The position numbers and the translations under genes are program-made. A DNA stretch of 63,930 nt, filler included, from Actinomycetota bacterium (GTDB taxonomy: Bacteria; Actinomycetota; CADDZG01; JAHWKV01; JAOPZY01), in NCBI GenBank assembly GCA_025963875.1. It is 7 parts of 7 records of this genome, joined end to end, with 100 filler letters (N's around TTAATTAATTAA, not from the genome) between each part and the next. Parts side by side here need not be neighbours in the genome. Positions count along the whole stretch, not along the records: positions 45,039 to 50,967 come from JAOPZY010000131.1; positions 51,068 to 63,930 come from JAOPZY010000153.1; 5 more parts are not named here. One strand, written 5' to 3'. A model generated the notes under the pieces. It was not told where the DNA came from. It searched no databases and saw only the letters and a program-made list of their open reading frames with translations. Shown here piece by piece: positions 46,293-55,187 of this stretch. Within the stretch, counting starts at the first letter, position 1, and each line of letters opens with the position of its first letter.

Positions 46293-46517
46293 GGCCGACC
46301 CGGCGGTCGCTGGGGTTCGACCTGGCCGCCTGCCCCAAGGCGACACGAGGTTGGATAACCGGCACAACAATGATCGTGGAAATATCCATGGAAATCCCCC
46401 GTTGTCTGCAGCCACCATAGGCATCTTCTTGCTGCACCTCCCTTAACCGTAGCGGTCGGCTTGCACGAAGACCAGTTAAAGATCTCTTATGACTCGGGCA
46501 CACATCGCAAATCCCCC

Positions 46518-48194
46518 CTACCTCTGGCTCGGCATGTCGCCGGCGGCGACCTCGTGCAGCAGTTCTTCGTCGCCGAGATGCACGGTCACGCTGCGGGAGG
46601 TCAACTCGAAGATCGCAAGCAGGATGTCGCCGTGCTCCCCGCCGCGGCGCCGGAAGTACGGCTGCAGGCCCCACCCGGTGTGTTGGCGGATGCTGAAGGT
46701 GCCGATCTCTGCTCCGTCTTCCGCCTTCAGGGCGAACGTCCCCGCCAGGAGCTCCTTGAGGCCGGCGGGGATGTTCACGACCCCGGACCTGATGGTCGAG
46801 GCCGTCAGCCGGTAGGCCACCCACACGGCATCCTGCGAGATCCGACCGTGGTCCTGGAGGGCGCGCATGCGTGGGCTGCGCGGCATGACGCTCTCGGCCA
46901 GCCCGGGAGGGATCTCGGCGCCGCGCAGTCCGTAGACCCCCGGCGCGTACCGGTGAATGATAGGCGAGTAGCCCAGGTAGAAGGACATGCTCGACCGGTT
47001 CATGCCCGCCGCCTCGCAGTACGCCTCGAACTCACCGAGCCCGAGCAGCGGCCCGTGGGCGAGCAGGACCTCCGTCATCGTGGCCTCGTTGTCGGGGAGC
47101 ACCTCGCGCCAGTCGAGCGGCCGGTCGGCCACAACGTCGTCCCCCTCGGTGTGGTACCCGTCGACGCGCCGGCACAGCTCGAGGAGAACCCGCCTCGGCG
47201 GCGCGAAGCCCTTCAGCCGGTGATGACGCACCAGCCCTCCACGCAACTCGCTGACATGGATCCTCGGAGCGACCGCCATGATCTTCTCGATCTGGTTGAG
47301 GAGCCGGTTCCGTGGGACGGACCGCAGCCAGAACCAGCCGGTCTCCTCGTCGAGCCACTCGAAGTCGACCAGCAGCGTCAGCAGGTCCAGCACGATCGCC
47401 GCCTCGATGCCCTCTGCCCCCATCTTGCTCACCTTCGCCGCCACGTCGAAGCACGTGGCCGCCCCCCACTGCTCGACCGACCGCCTGGCCACACGCCGGA
47501 CGGCCGTACTCATCTGCTGCGAGGACTCGGGCAGGACCAGGCCACTGTGGCCGGGCCGGGGGAGGAGGAAGGCGACGTCGCGCCGGAGCACCTGCGCCGC
47601 CGTCTCCAGCCCCCAGAGATCGAACTGGTGAGCCAGGATCCCCTCGTCCACGAGAGCATGCGAGAGCTCCGCCGGTGCTCCCGGCAGCGCCCCCTCCACG
47701 AACTCGAGCGCCGCGTCGAGGGCAGGGGCGAAGGGCGGGGCAGCCGTGCGCGTGAGGGGAGCCAGCAACCTCTTCTCCATCTTCCTCACCCCCTCCCGGG
47801 TGATCCCGGCCCCCGCCCCCGCGACCTCCAACGTGCAACCACCGGCCCCGTCCCATCCCAGCCTCCGTGCCACGATCTGTCGCTGGCGGTCGTCACCGGC
47901 GATGCGGAGGAAGTCGGACAGCTCGTCCTCCAGGCACATGTGGGCCTTGTCACGGATGGCCTCGCGGAGCGCCACCAGCGCATCACGGACCTTGCGGGGG
48001 TCCTTCGTCAGGCCGGGCTCGGTCACGATGAGCTCGGCCAGTTCCTTGGCACTCCAGCCCTGGGAGCTGGGGGGCGCCGGTGCAACATCGAGAAGAGCCA
48101 GCACTCTGCGGACCTCCAGTCCCAGGCGCGGGTCGCAGTCCATGACCGCGCGGGCATGCTTCATCCTGATCAGGCGTCTGGCTTCGGGGATCAT
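46518..48194 (-). CDS. Hypothetical protein with sigma-70 region 4-like HTH
   Basis: RQRQIVARRLGWDG..TLEVAG...ITREGVRKMEK; remainder unassigned. Confidence 0.75.
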   Translation of the reverse strand: MIPEARRLIRMKHARAVMDCDPRLGLEVRRVLALLDVAPAPPSSQGWSAKELAELIVTEPGLTKDPRKVRDALVALREAIRDKAHMCLEDELSDFLRIAGDDRQRQIVARRLGWDGAGGCTLEVAGAGAGITREGVRKMEKRLLAPLTRTAAPPFAPALDAALEFVEGALPGAPAELSHALVDEGILAHQFDLWGLETAAQVLRRDVAFLLPRPGHSGLVLPESSQQMSTAVRRVARRSVEQWGAATCFDVAAKVSKMGAEGIEAAIVLDLLTLLVDFEWLDEETGWFWLRSVPRNRLLNQIEKIMAVAPRIHVSELRGGLVRHHRLKGFAPPRRVLLELCRRVDGYHTEGDDVVADRPLDWREVLPDNEATMTEVLLAHGPLLGLGEFEAYCEAAGMNRSSMSFYLGYSPIIHRYAPGVYGLRGAEIPPGLAESVMPRSPRMRALQDHGRISQDAVWVAYRLTASTIRSGVVNIPAGLKELLAGTFALKAEDGAEIGTFSIRQHTGWGLQPYFRRRGGEHGDILLAIFELTSRSVTVHLGDEELLHEVAAGDMPSQR

Positions 48195-48233
48195 GAGGCG
48201 GGGTCTGCGATCAGCCCAAGCGCGGGCTCGCTC

Positions 48234-48881
48234 CTAGGGAGCGCTCACCGCCGAGGCGAGGACCTCGCTTCGACGCCGTCGCCGGTGGGCGGTCGCGGCG
48301 GCCACTCCGTGGACGAGCCCGTAGGCGATCAGCCCCGCCCCGGCACCGAACACCGTGTTGAAGGCCACGAGGCGGACCCAGGCCGAGGGAGCCACGTCGG
48401 TGATGGAGAGCCACACCGTGTGCGGATCCGCCCCGCCCGCGAAGAAGCTCTTGCCGAGCGGTGTGATCCAGCCCACCGAGAGAAGGACCGCCGCCCCGAG
48501 GGCAGCCATCCTCACGGCGCCGGCAGCAAGGGCGGGCTTGGCCCAGAGGAAGGCGTCGACGCCGAACCCGGCCGCGACGTACTGCAGGACCCCCCAGAAG
48601 CTGCCGTCCGGAGACCTGCCGATGGCCATCGTGCCCACCGCCGCCGCGAGGCCCACCCCGGTGGCCCACCCAGGACCGCCGGCTATGCGCATGATGAACA
48701 GCAGGGCCAGCCAGGTCAGCGCCCGGTGACCCGGCAGGCCGAGCGCAAGGTGCGGCTGGGTCATGATGGCCCCTGTGCTCAGCGCCGCCAGCAACCCAAC
48801 CTTCGGAAGACGTCTGCCTGCTACTTCGGAGGCCCACAGGGCACCCTTCCACCTCGTGGCGACCGCTTGCGAGTTCTTCAC
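48234..48881 (-). CDS. Integral membrane protein, possibly ECF S-component-like
   Basis: About 6 TM helices, LGLPGHRALTWL motif; SD GAGGAGG. Confidence 0.75.
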   Translation of the reverse strand: MKNSQAVATRWKGALWASEVAGRRLPKVGLLAALSTGAIMTQPHLALGLPGHRALTWLALLFIMRIAGGPGWATGVGLAAAVGTMAIGRSPDGSFWGVLQYVAAGFGVDAFLWAKPALAAGAVRMAALGAAVLLSVGWITPLGKSFFAGGADPHTVWLSITDVAPSAWVRLVAFNTVFGAGAGLIAYGLVHGVAAATAHRRRRRSEVLASAVSAP

Positions 48882-48929
48882 ATCCGTCCCTCCTCTCGCT
48901 CTCGTTGGGATTCTGCTCCCTCCAGCTAC

Positions 48930-49739
48930 CTAGTGCGACTTCACCACCTCTCGCGCGGCGAGCGTCCACACCGCCGGTGCCGCATCGGCGGCCGCCCCGT
49001 CGCTCCGGGCGTCCACCAGCAGGACCGCCCTGCCCTTGCGCAGGATCGGCCGCACCCACTCCCCCAGCTGGATGAGATCACCGGGGGCCGGCTCGGCGCC
49101 GTCGGGGTCGCATGCTTCGTCGATCGCAGCCAGGGACCGTAGCTGCCGGTAGGTCGCGGCTCCCCGGAGCTCCCGGATACCGGGCATCCAGATGAACATC
49201 CCGTCGGTCCCGGACAGGTGCAGCCCAACGGCGGCCAGGGCTCCGATGATCCCCCCGGAGTCCCCACCGTGACCCGACAGGTGGACGCCGAGTGCGAGGG
49301 CACAGTCCTGGGCCAGCCCCTGGTCGAGCACCTCCTCCTTGGCCCGGCGCCCGAAGGCGACGAGGGCCCACCGGACCTCGTTCGGCGACCACGCAGCCGA
49401 GGTCACGGCCGCAAGCCCGGGGTCGGAGCCCGCAGCGCTCTCCGTTTCGAGGAAGCCGGCGCAGTAGGCAACGATACGGTCGACGGCGCCGAGGTCGGCG
49501 TGCATGGCGATGCAGGCGCTGGAGTTGTGGGAGGTGTAGGGGATCCGTGGATCGACGAGCAACTGGTGGCGGGTTGCCCCGAGGACCGTGCCGACCCCCA
49601 GGACCTGCAGCCGGGCCACGAGGCGCTGGACGAGCTGTCCAGTGCCGGAGGAGACCAGGTTGTCGGTATCGTCGATACCGACGAGGAGGTTGGTGGCCTC
49701 CAGGGTGGAGACTGCTTCCTGCTTCCGAGCCTGGGTCAT
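48930..49739 (-). CDS. Stand-alone protein resembling the N-terminal region of TiaS (tRNA agmatidine synthetase)
   Basis: VGIDDTD, GTG, RHQLLVDPRIPYTSHNSSAC, SDPGL, GIIGALAAVG; no OB-fold or Zn-ribbon C-terminus. Confidence 0.8.
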   Translation of the reverse strand: MTQARKQEAVSTLEATNLLVGIDDTDNLVSSGTGQLVQRLVARLQVLGVGTVLGATRHQLLVDPRIPYTSHNSSACIAMHADLGAVDRIVAYCAGFLETESAAGSDPGLAAVTSAAWSPNEVRWALVAFGRRAKEEVLDQGLAQDCALALGVHLSGHGGDSGGIIGALAAVGLHLSGTDGMFIWMPGIRELRGAATYRQLRSLAAIDEACDPDGAEPAPGDLIQLGEWVRPILRKGRAVLLVDARSDGAAADAAPAVWTLAAREVVKSH

Positions 49740-49746
49740 GGCGCAT

Positions 49747-49776
49747 ATGCTGACAGATGTGTTAGTTATCTGTCAA
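49747..49776 (-). promoter_or_regulatory. Operator palindrome overlapping a probable leaderless promoter
   Basis: TGACAGAT-N9-ATCTGTCA (49751-49775); on the minus strand TTGACA-N18-CAGCAT-N7-ATG. Confidence 0.65.
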
Positions 49777-49880
49777 CCACCAATTCTGAGGAAACGGCCG
49801 CTCGGCGGGATCCTTCAGCGCCCCGTGCCGGCGAGGGCCCGGGCCTCTCGCGGTCCGGGCCGCGCGCCCGGCCCGCCGGC

Positions 49881-50918
49881 TCAGTGTGCGAGCGCGGGGG
49901 CTTCCTGGCCGGTGAGGTCGTAGCCGCCGAGGGCCTCGAGGCGGCGATGGAACGTGGGCGACGCGATCAGGTCGAGGAGTGCCCTGGCGCCGGGATGGTC
50001 TTCCCACTCCTCGGCGATGCGTAGCTCCACCCGGTGCTCCTCCAGGGCTGAGAATTCGAGGCCGTAGGCCAGGGCGGCGGTCTCGATGGTCGCCGCCACA
50101 TCCGCCGAGCCGTAGGCGACGAGGCGGGCGGCGTCGAGATGGCCGGTGGCGACGGGGCCGCTGATCTTGCCGGCTCCCCCGTAGGGGACGAGCGCTCGCT
50201 CGAGGGCACGCTGCACCTCGGCCCCGGCGTCGCGGCGGACGGCGGTGATCTTTCCCCGGGCGACCTGGTCCAGCTTTGGGTGGACGCCTGCCCGGGACGC
50301 GAGGCCGACCCGCCACCGCGCGACGACGAAGCGGACCACGGGAAGCGAGCTGCGCCGGAGGTGTCCGGGCAGGCCGTGGACGACCGCCGCGTGGACCCGG
50401 CGGGCGTCGAGGGCCTCGATCGCCTCGGAGGTTGAGGCGGGCATCACCACGAGGCGCTGGGGGCCGCTTGCCGGCAGTAGGGACGCCGCCAGACCCAGGG
50501 CGGGTTCGCAGCCGACGACGGCAAACCCCGAGGGGTCCGCGTCGTCGAAGAGCTCCACCCGGCCGTCCCGGAACATGCCGTCGGCGCGCTCCCAGGACGA
50601 CCCGCTCGCTCCGTGGTTGGGAAGGGGGTGGTAGGTGAGCAGGTCGCCCACGCGCACCGCCAGGACCGCCACCGTTCCCGAGGGCTCCGTGCCCAGGGCC
50701 GGGACGTGGCGCTGCCGGGCCGCCGTGGCGCCCTGGCCGAAGAGCTCCTCGACGGTGGTGCCGAGAGCTTCGGCGATGGCGAGCGCCGCATTGACGTTCG
50801 GGGAGTGGCGCCCGGTCTCCACGGCGCTGATCTGGGCACGCGTCAACCGGCTCGCAAGCGCGAGCTCGGTCTGGGTGAGGCCCAGGGTCTTCCGGCGATC
50901 AGCGACACTGTGACCCAT
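49881..50918 (-). CDS. XRE-HTH + PBP-like substrate-binding domain regulator
   Basis: LTQTELA..QISAVETGRHSP HTH; GCEPALG, RRDAGA, GHLDAA, ADVA, LEALGGYD as in molybdate-type PBP domains. Confidence 0.88.
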   Translation of the reverse strand: MGHSVADRRKTLGLTQTELALASRLTRAQISAVETGRHSPNVNAALAIAEALGTTVEELFGQGATAARQRHVPALGTEPSGTVAVLAVRVGDLLTYHPLPNHGASGSSWERADGMFRDGRVELFDDADPSGFAVVGCEPALGLAASLLPASGPQRLVVMPASTSEAIEALDARRVHAAVVHGLPGHLRRSSLPVVRFVVARWRVGLASRAGVHPKLDQVARGKITAVRRDAGAEVQRALERALVPYGGAGKISGPVATGHLDAARLVAYGSADVAATIETAALAYGLEFSALEEHRVELRIAEEWEDHPGARALLDLIASPTFHRRLEALGGYDLTGQEAPALAH

Positions 50919-50967
50919 GTAGTCGGATTCTAGCAGCCTGCTAGCATTGCGACAGTTTTCAATCAAG

Positions 50968-51067
50968 NNNNNNNNNNNNNNNNNNNNNNNNNNNNNNNNN
51001 NNNNNNNNNNNTTAATTAATTAANNNNNNNNNNNNNNNNNNNNNNNNNNNNNNNNNNNNNNNNNNNN
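50968..51067. other. Artificial contig linker
   Basis: N-TTAATTAATTAA-N. Confidence 0.99.
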
Positions 51068-51216
51068 AACCGGAGGGCGAAGGGCGTAACGCTAACGTAC
51101 CCGGACGCGTCGGTGTGGTTTCCGGTCTCAACCACATCATCCATTTCGACTCTGAGCGCGGGCTGAACGTTGCTGCGCTTGTGGAAAATCGCGCGTACCT
51201 GTCTACTAGGGCGGCC

Positions 51217-51951
51217 ATGAACCCCGAGACCGAGGAGGCGCTGGACCGGCTCTACGCCGCCCCTCCGGACCGGTTCACCGCCGAGCGGGATGCGCTTGCC
51301 AAGACCCTCAGGACCTCCGACAAGGCGGCGGCCGCGGCCGTCAAAGCCCTCCGGCGGCCGCCCGTCACCGCCTGGGCGCTGAACCAGGTGGCCCGCAACC
51401 ACGCCGACGACCTGTCGGCGTTGGTCGAGGCCGACGCCGAGCTGAACCGGTCGCAGCGGGAGGGGACCGGCCGGGAGGCCCTGGCGGAGGCGGGCAGGGC
51501 ACGCCGGGAGATCATCGGCCGGCTGGTGGCGGCCGCCACCCGCACCCTGGCGGAGGCGGGGCATCCGGACTCCCCCGCCAACCGGGACCGGATCGCCCGG
51601 ACCCTCGCTGCGGTCGCGATGGACGCCGAGGGCCGCGACGCCCTGGCCCGGGGCCGCCTCACCGGCGACCTGACACCGGGCTCGTCGTGGGAAACGGGAT
51701 TCGCGGCGGAGCCGGAACTCGGCGGTGAGGCGGGCGAAGCGGCCGCGGCGGAGCGCCGCCATGACCTGCGGCGCAAGGCCGACGACCTGGCGGCCGAGGC
51801 CAAGCGTCTCGGGTCCGAGGCGTCCCGCCTGGAGGCCGATGCCGCCAAGGCGGAGGCGACGGCCCGGATCGCCCGGTCGGTGGCGAACGAGGCCCGCCGG
51901 AAGGCCGATGACGCTGCGGCGAGGGCCGAGGCTGCCGCTGAAGATCGTTGA
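51217..51951 (+). CDS. Conserved actinobacterial hypothetical coiled-coil protein
   Basis: LYAAPPDRFTAERD..LRRPPVTAWALN..GRL pattern. Confidence 0.85.
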   Translation: MNPETEEALDRLYAAPPDRFTAERDALAKTLRTSDKAAAAAVKALRRPPVTAWALNQVARNHADDLSALVEADAELNRSQREGTGREALAEAGRARREIIGRLVAAATRTLAEAGHPDSPANRDRIARTLAAVAMDAEGRDALARGRLTGDLTPGSSWETGFAAEPELGGEAGEAAAAERRHDLRRKADDLAAEAKRLGSEASRLEADAAKAEATARIARSVANEARRKADDAAARAEAAAEDR

Positions 51952-51956
51952 AGGGC

Positions 51957-52005
51957 GAGGTTAGGTAAAAAAGTGCTGTTATAGCTGACAAAGTTACCTA
52001 ACCTC
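51957..52005. repeat. 49-bp GAGGT...ACCTC palindromic element
   Basis: GAGGTTAGGTAA ... TTACCTAACCTC perfect 12-bp arms. Confidence 0.8.
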
Positions 52006-52034
52006 GTTCCTGGACGTCGTCCGAACGCCGTGTT

Positions 52035-52052
52035 ACCATCCAGATGGATGGT
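52035..52052. promoter_or_regulatory. Operator palindrome upstream of CopG-family regulator
   Basis: ACCATCCA-GA-TGGATGGT. Confidence 0.7.
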
Positions 52053-52086
52053 GGACAGATGGTTTTCTGCAGCCGGCGAGGGAGCT

Positions 52087-52488
52087 ATGACAGCGAACGA
52101 ATCGGAGAAGACCGAGAAGATCACCATCAACCTTGGGTTCGTGGATCTCGGTCAGATCGACCTCCTGGTCCAGGAGGGCTTCTACACCAACCGCACGGAC
52201 TTCATCCGCGCTGCCATCCGCGCCCAACTCGGCGCCCGGACGGCAGCGGTCGACCAGACCGTGGCGCGGAGGACGCTCGTACTCGGCACCCAGCACTACA
52301 CCTGCCGCCAATTGGAGGAGATCCGTGATGCCGGTCAGATGGTGCAGATCCGCGTGCTCGGCCTGGCCAGTATCGCGGAGGACGTCTCCCCGGAACTTGC
52401 GCTGGCGACCATCGCCTCGGTCGAGGTGCTGGGCGCCTTTCGAGCCAGCTCGGCGGTGAGGGCCGCCCTGGGGCCCCGCATCGCCTGA
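52087..52488 (+). CDS. CopG/RHH-family transcriptional regulator
   Basis: EKITINLGFVDLGQIDLLVQEGFYTNRTDFIR. Confidence 0.92.
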   Translation: MTANESEKTEKITINLGFVDLGQIDLLVQEGFYTNRTDFIRAAIRAQLGARTAAVDQTVARRTLVLGTQHYTCRQLEEIRDAGQMVQIRVLGLASIAEDVSPELALATIASVEVLGAFRASSAVRAALGPRIA

Positions 52489-52525
52489 TTGTTCGAGTCG
52501 AACTGGACAGCCCAACACCGGATCA

Positions 52526-52555
52526 CCCGAGGCGCCCCTCAAGGCGCCGGATCAA
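52526..52555 (+). repeat. 30-nt dispersed REP-like element, copy 2
   Basis: CCCGAGGCGCCCCTCAAGGCGCCGGATCAA. Confidence 0.9.
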
Positions 52556-52570
52556 AGGAGGGAAGCGTCG

Positions 52571-53647
52571 ATGGACGAAGATCGGATGAGCACCATGACC
52601 GAGGCCACACGCCTGACGCGCGAAGGACGGATTTCCGAGGCCATGACACTCATTCAGGGAACCCTGTCCGGGCCGGGCTCGCAGACGCCAGGCCCGGGGA
52701 ACGGCCTGCCGGTGCTGGCGATGCAGGGGCCGGAGAAGGTTCGTTCCATGCCTGGCCGCCGGGGCCCCGACGTGCTTCCCGCAGGAGCGCAGTTCATCAA
52801 CTTCCAGCACACCGGGCCGGCGGGATCCCGGACGTACAAGCTCTACGTCCCGAGCGGATACGGCGGCGGCGAGAGCGTGCCCCTCGTCGTCATGCTGCAC
52901 GGAGGCACCCAGGACGCCTGGGACTTCGCTGCCGGGACACACATGAACGACCTGGCCGAGCGCGACGGGTTCCTTGTCGCCTACCCCGAGCAGCCGTCAT
53001 CGGCGAACGGCATGAAGTACTGGAACTGGTTCGAGCCGGGTCACCAGGTCTCCGGAGCCGGGGAGCCATCCCTGATCGCCGGCATCACCCGGCAGATCAT
53101 GCGTGGCTACGCCGTCGACGCCAGCCGCGTCTACGTCGCCGGCTTCTCAGCTGGAGGGGCGATGGCGGCGGTGATGGCGGCCACCTACCCCGACCTGTAC
53201 GCCGCCGCTGGCGTCCATTCCGGCCTCGCCTACGGCGCCGCCCACGATGTTGCCTCCGCCTTCGCGGCGATGAGCAACGGGCCGGCGGCGCCCACCACGG
53301 ACCCGGGCCGGGGCATTCCGCTGATCGTCTTCCACGGCGACCAGGACCCCATCGTGGGGCACGTGAACGCCGACCGCCTGGTAGCCGATGGCCTGAGAAC
53401 CGTGGGTCCGGGAGCTGTGAGATCGGTGGAGCACGGACAAGCGCCGAATGGCCACGCCTATACCCGGACCATCTACAAGAACGCCAACGGCGACACGCTC
53501 ATCGAGCAGTGGAGCATCCATCAAGGGGGCCACGCCTGGTCGGGGGGAAGCACGCGGGGCTCGTATGCCGATTCGCAGGGGCCCGACGCCTCAGGCGAAC
53601 TGATCCGCTTCTTCAGAGAGCACCCTCACCCGGTCCCAGCGTCGTGA
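52571..53647 (+). CDS. PHB depolymerase-family esterase (LpqC-like)
   Basis: LVVMLHGGTQ, AGFSAGG lipase box, FHGDQD, GHAWSGG. Confidence 0.93.
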   Translation: MDEDRMSTMTEATRLTREGRISEAMTLIQGTLSGPGSQTPGPGNGLPVLAMQGPEKVRSMPGRRGPDVLPAGAQFINFQHTGPAGSRTYKLYVPSGYGGGESVPLVVMLHGGTQDAWDFAAGTHMNDLAERDGFLVAYPEQPSSANGMKYWNWFEPGHQVSGAGEPSLIAGITRQIMRGYAVDASRVYVAGFSAGGAMAAVMAATYPDLYAAAGVHSGLAYGAAHDVASAFAAMSNGPAAPTTDPGRGIPLIVFHGDQDPIVGHVNADRLVADGLRTVGPGAVRSVEHGQAPNGHAYTRTIYKNANGDTLIEQWSIHQGGHAWSGGSTRGSYADSQGPDASGELIRFFREHPHPVPAS

Positions 53648-53656
53648 CCGCAGGCT

Positions 53657-55105
53657 TCAGCAGGCCGAGAACCACGGCTGCGCGGCCGGCTCGACCACGG
53701 CTGGGCCTGCCGGCAGCAGCGGGTTCGTCGAGCCGGGTGACTTCGGCGCCACCGCGTTCGGCGAATAGTCCTTCCCCAGCACGACCACGGCGTCGCCGGC
53801 GGTGACGTTGAGTGCGGCGGGAACCGGCTGGACCTGGGCACCGCCGAAGAGCTGCGTGGCCAGGAACTGCGCCTTCTGCTGGTTGCCGGCGGTGTAGTAC
53901 ACGACCGTCGCCGCGTAGTCCGAGCGGTCGGCGTTGCCCGTCTTCACCACGGTGTAGCCCTTGGCCTCGAGGCTGGTCCTCGCCTGGGCGGCCACACCGG
54001 CGAGCTTCGTGCCGTTGAGGATCGTCGCCGCCACATTCGAGGCGTCGACGGCGCTCACGCCCTGCTTGCCGTAATCCGGGAGCGGGTGGCCGGTGCGCAT
54101 CGCGGTGAACAGGGCGGTGGACTGGGCGGTGTTGGCAACGACGTAGCCGTCGGGCTGCGGCAGGGACGGCACCACCCGGAAGTCGAGGTCGGTGCTCGAG
54201 AAGTGGCGGAAGCGCAGCGCCATGGAGCTCATCGTCGAGAGACCCAGCCCGCTGTCGTGGCCGACGTTGCCGGCCCCGAGGTTGATGAGGCTCACGACCT
54301 TCTGCGGGTTGAGCAGCGTTCCGGCAGACAGGACCTTCTCCATCATCAGCTTGACGAACAGCTGCTGTCGGGCGATGCGCCCGTAGTCGCTGTCGATGTG
54401 GCGGACACGCACGAACGCAAGGGCCTGGTCGCCCGTCAGCAGGTTGCAGCCCGCCGGCTGGTTGAGGCCAGAGTCCGTGTCCAGCACCTTCCGGGTGAAC
54501 CTGACGTTCACGCCCCCGAGGGCGTTGGTGATGGTCCGGAAGCTGTTGAAGTTGACCTCGACGTAGTGGTTGACGGGCAGGCCCGTGAAGTCGTGGACCG
54601 CCTTCACCATGGCCGAGATTCCCTGGTTGTAGAAGCCGTTGATCTTCTGGTAACCCCCCCGGGGGGCGGGTACCCTCAGGTCCCGCGGGAGGGCGAGGGC
54701 CACCGCCTTGGCGGCCGTCGGGTCGATGTGGAGCAGCACGACGCTGTCGGCCCGCTGGCCGCTGTTGCGGTCGGTTGCGTTGGGGTCGTAGTGCTGCAGG
54801 TCCTGAGGATCGAGCACGGCCCGGGAGTCCGACCCGAGGACCAGGACGTTCATCGGCCCCTGGGCTTGAAACGGGTCGCACGCGGGGCACGCCGCCCCGT
54901 TGCGGTCGACCAGCGCCCGGGTGTGGAAGAAGAGCGCCACGCCGGCCACGATCATGACGAGGGCGACCAGGGCCAGGGTCCCCAGCACGCGCCGGATGAC
55001 CCTGCCCCGGCGGGTGGTCCTCAGGCCGTGACGCCCGGGTCCGCGCCCCGGCGCGCCCGGCTTGCTGGCGGGCCGGGCCGGACGGATCGGCGTCTCCTGG
55101 CTCAG
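53657..55105 (-). CDS. LCP (LytR-CpsA-Psr) family protein with LytR_C domain; probable CTG start (track start 54988)
   Basis: LGSDSR, RADS, PRD, KIN, ALAFVRVR, DYGRIARQQ, ILNGT. Confidence 0.92.
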   Translation of the reverse strand: MSQETPIRPARPASKPGAPGRGPGRHGLRTTRRGRVIRRVLGTLALVALVMIVAGVALFFHTRALVDRNGAACPACDPFQAQGPMNVLVLGSDSRAVLDPQDLQHYDPNATDRNSGQRADSVVLLHIDPTAAKAVALALPRDLRVPAPRGGYQKINGFYNQGISAMVKAVHDFTGLPVNHYVEVNFNSFRTITNALGGVNVRFTRKVLDTDSGLNQPAGCNLLTGDQALAFVRVRHIDSDYGRIARQQLFVKLMMEKVLSAGTLLNPQKVVSLINLGAGNVGHDSGLGLSTMSSMALRFRHFSSTDLDFRVVPSLPQPDGYVVANTAQSTALFTAMRTGHPLPDYGKQGVSAVDASNVAATILNGTKLAGVAAQARTSLEAKGYTVVKTGNADRSDYAATVVYYTAGNQQKAQFLATQLFGGAQVQPVPAALNVTAGDAVVVLGKDYSPNAVAPKSPGSTNPLLPAGPAVVEPAAQPWFSAC

Positions 55106-55143
55106 GGCAGGCTCCCTCCGGAGGGGATCCGGTTCGGGCCGGG

Positions 55144-55173
55144 CCCGAGGCGCCCCTCAAGGCGCCGGATCAA
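55144..55173 (+). repeat. 30-nt dispersed REP-like element, copy 3
   Basis: CCCGAGGCGCCCCTCAAGGCGCCGGATCAA between the two LCP genes. Confidence 0.9.
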
Positions 55174-55187
55174 GGGACGGGTCGCCT

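Noticed and set aside
46461..49142. 893-aa plus-strand ORF (also 40220..42439 and 61641..63407)
   Set aside because: Shadows of well-supported opposite-strand genes.
4373..51067. Six regularly structured TTAATTAATTAA motifs within N runs
   Set aside because: Artificial contig linkers, not biological repeats; ORFs running into them are truncated artefacts.
52491..52503. GTTCGAGTCGAAC as a second SOS box
   Set aside because: Half-sites are in the wrong order and spacing for LexA.
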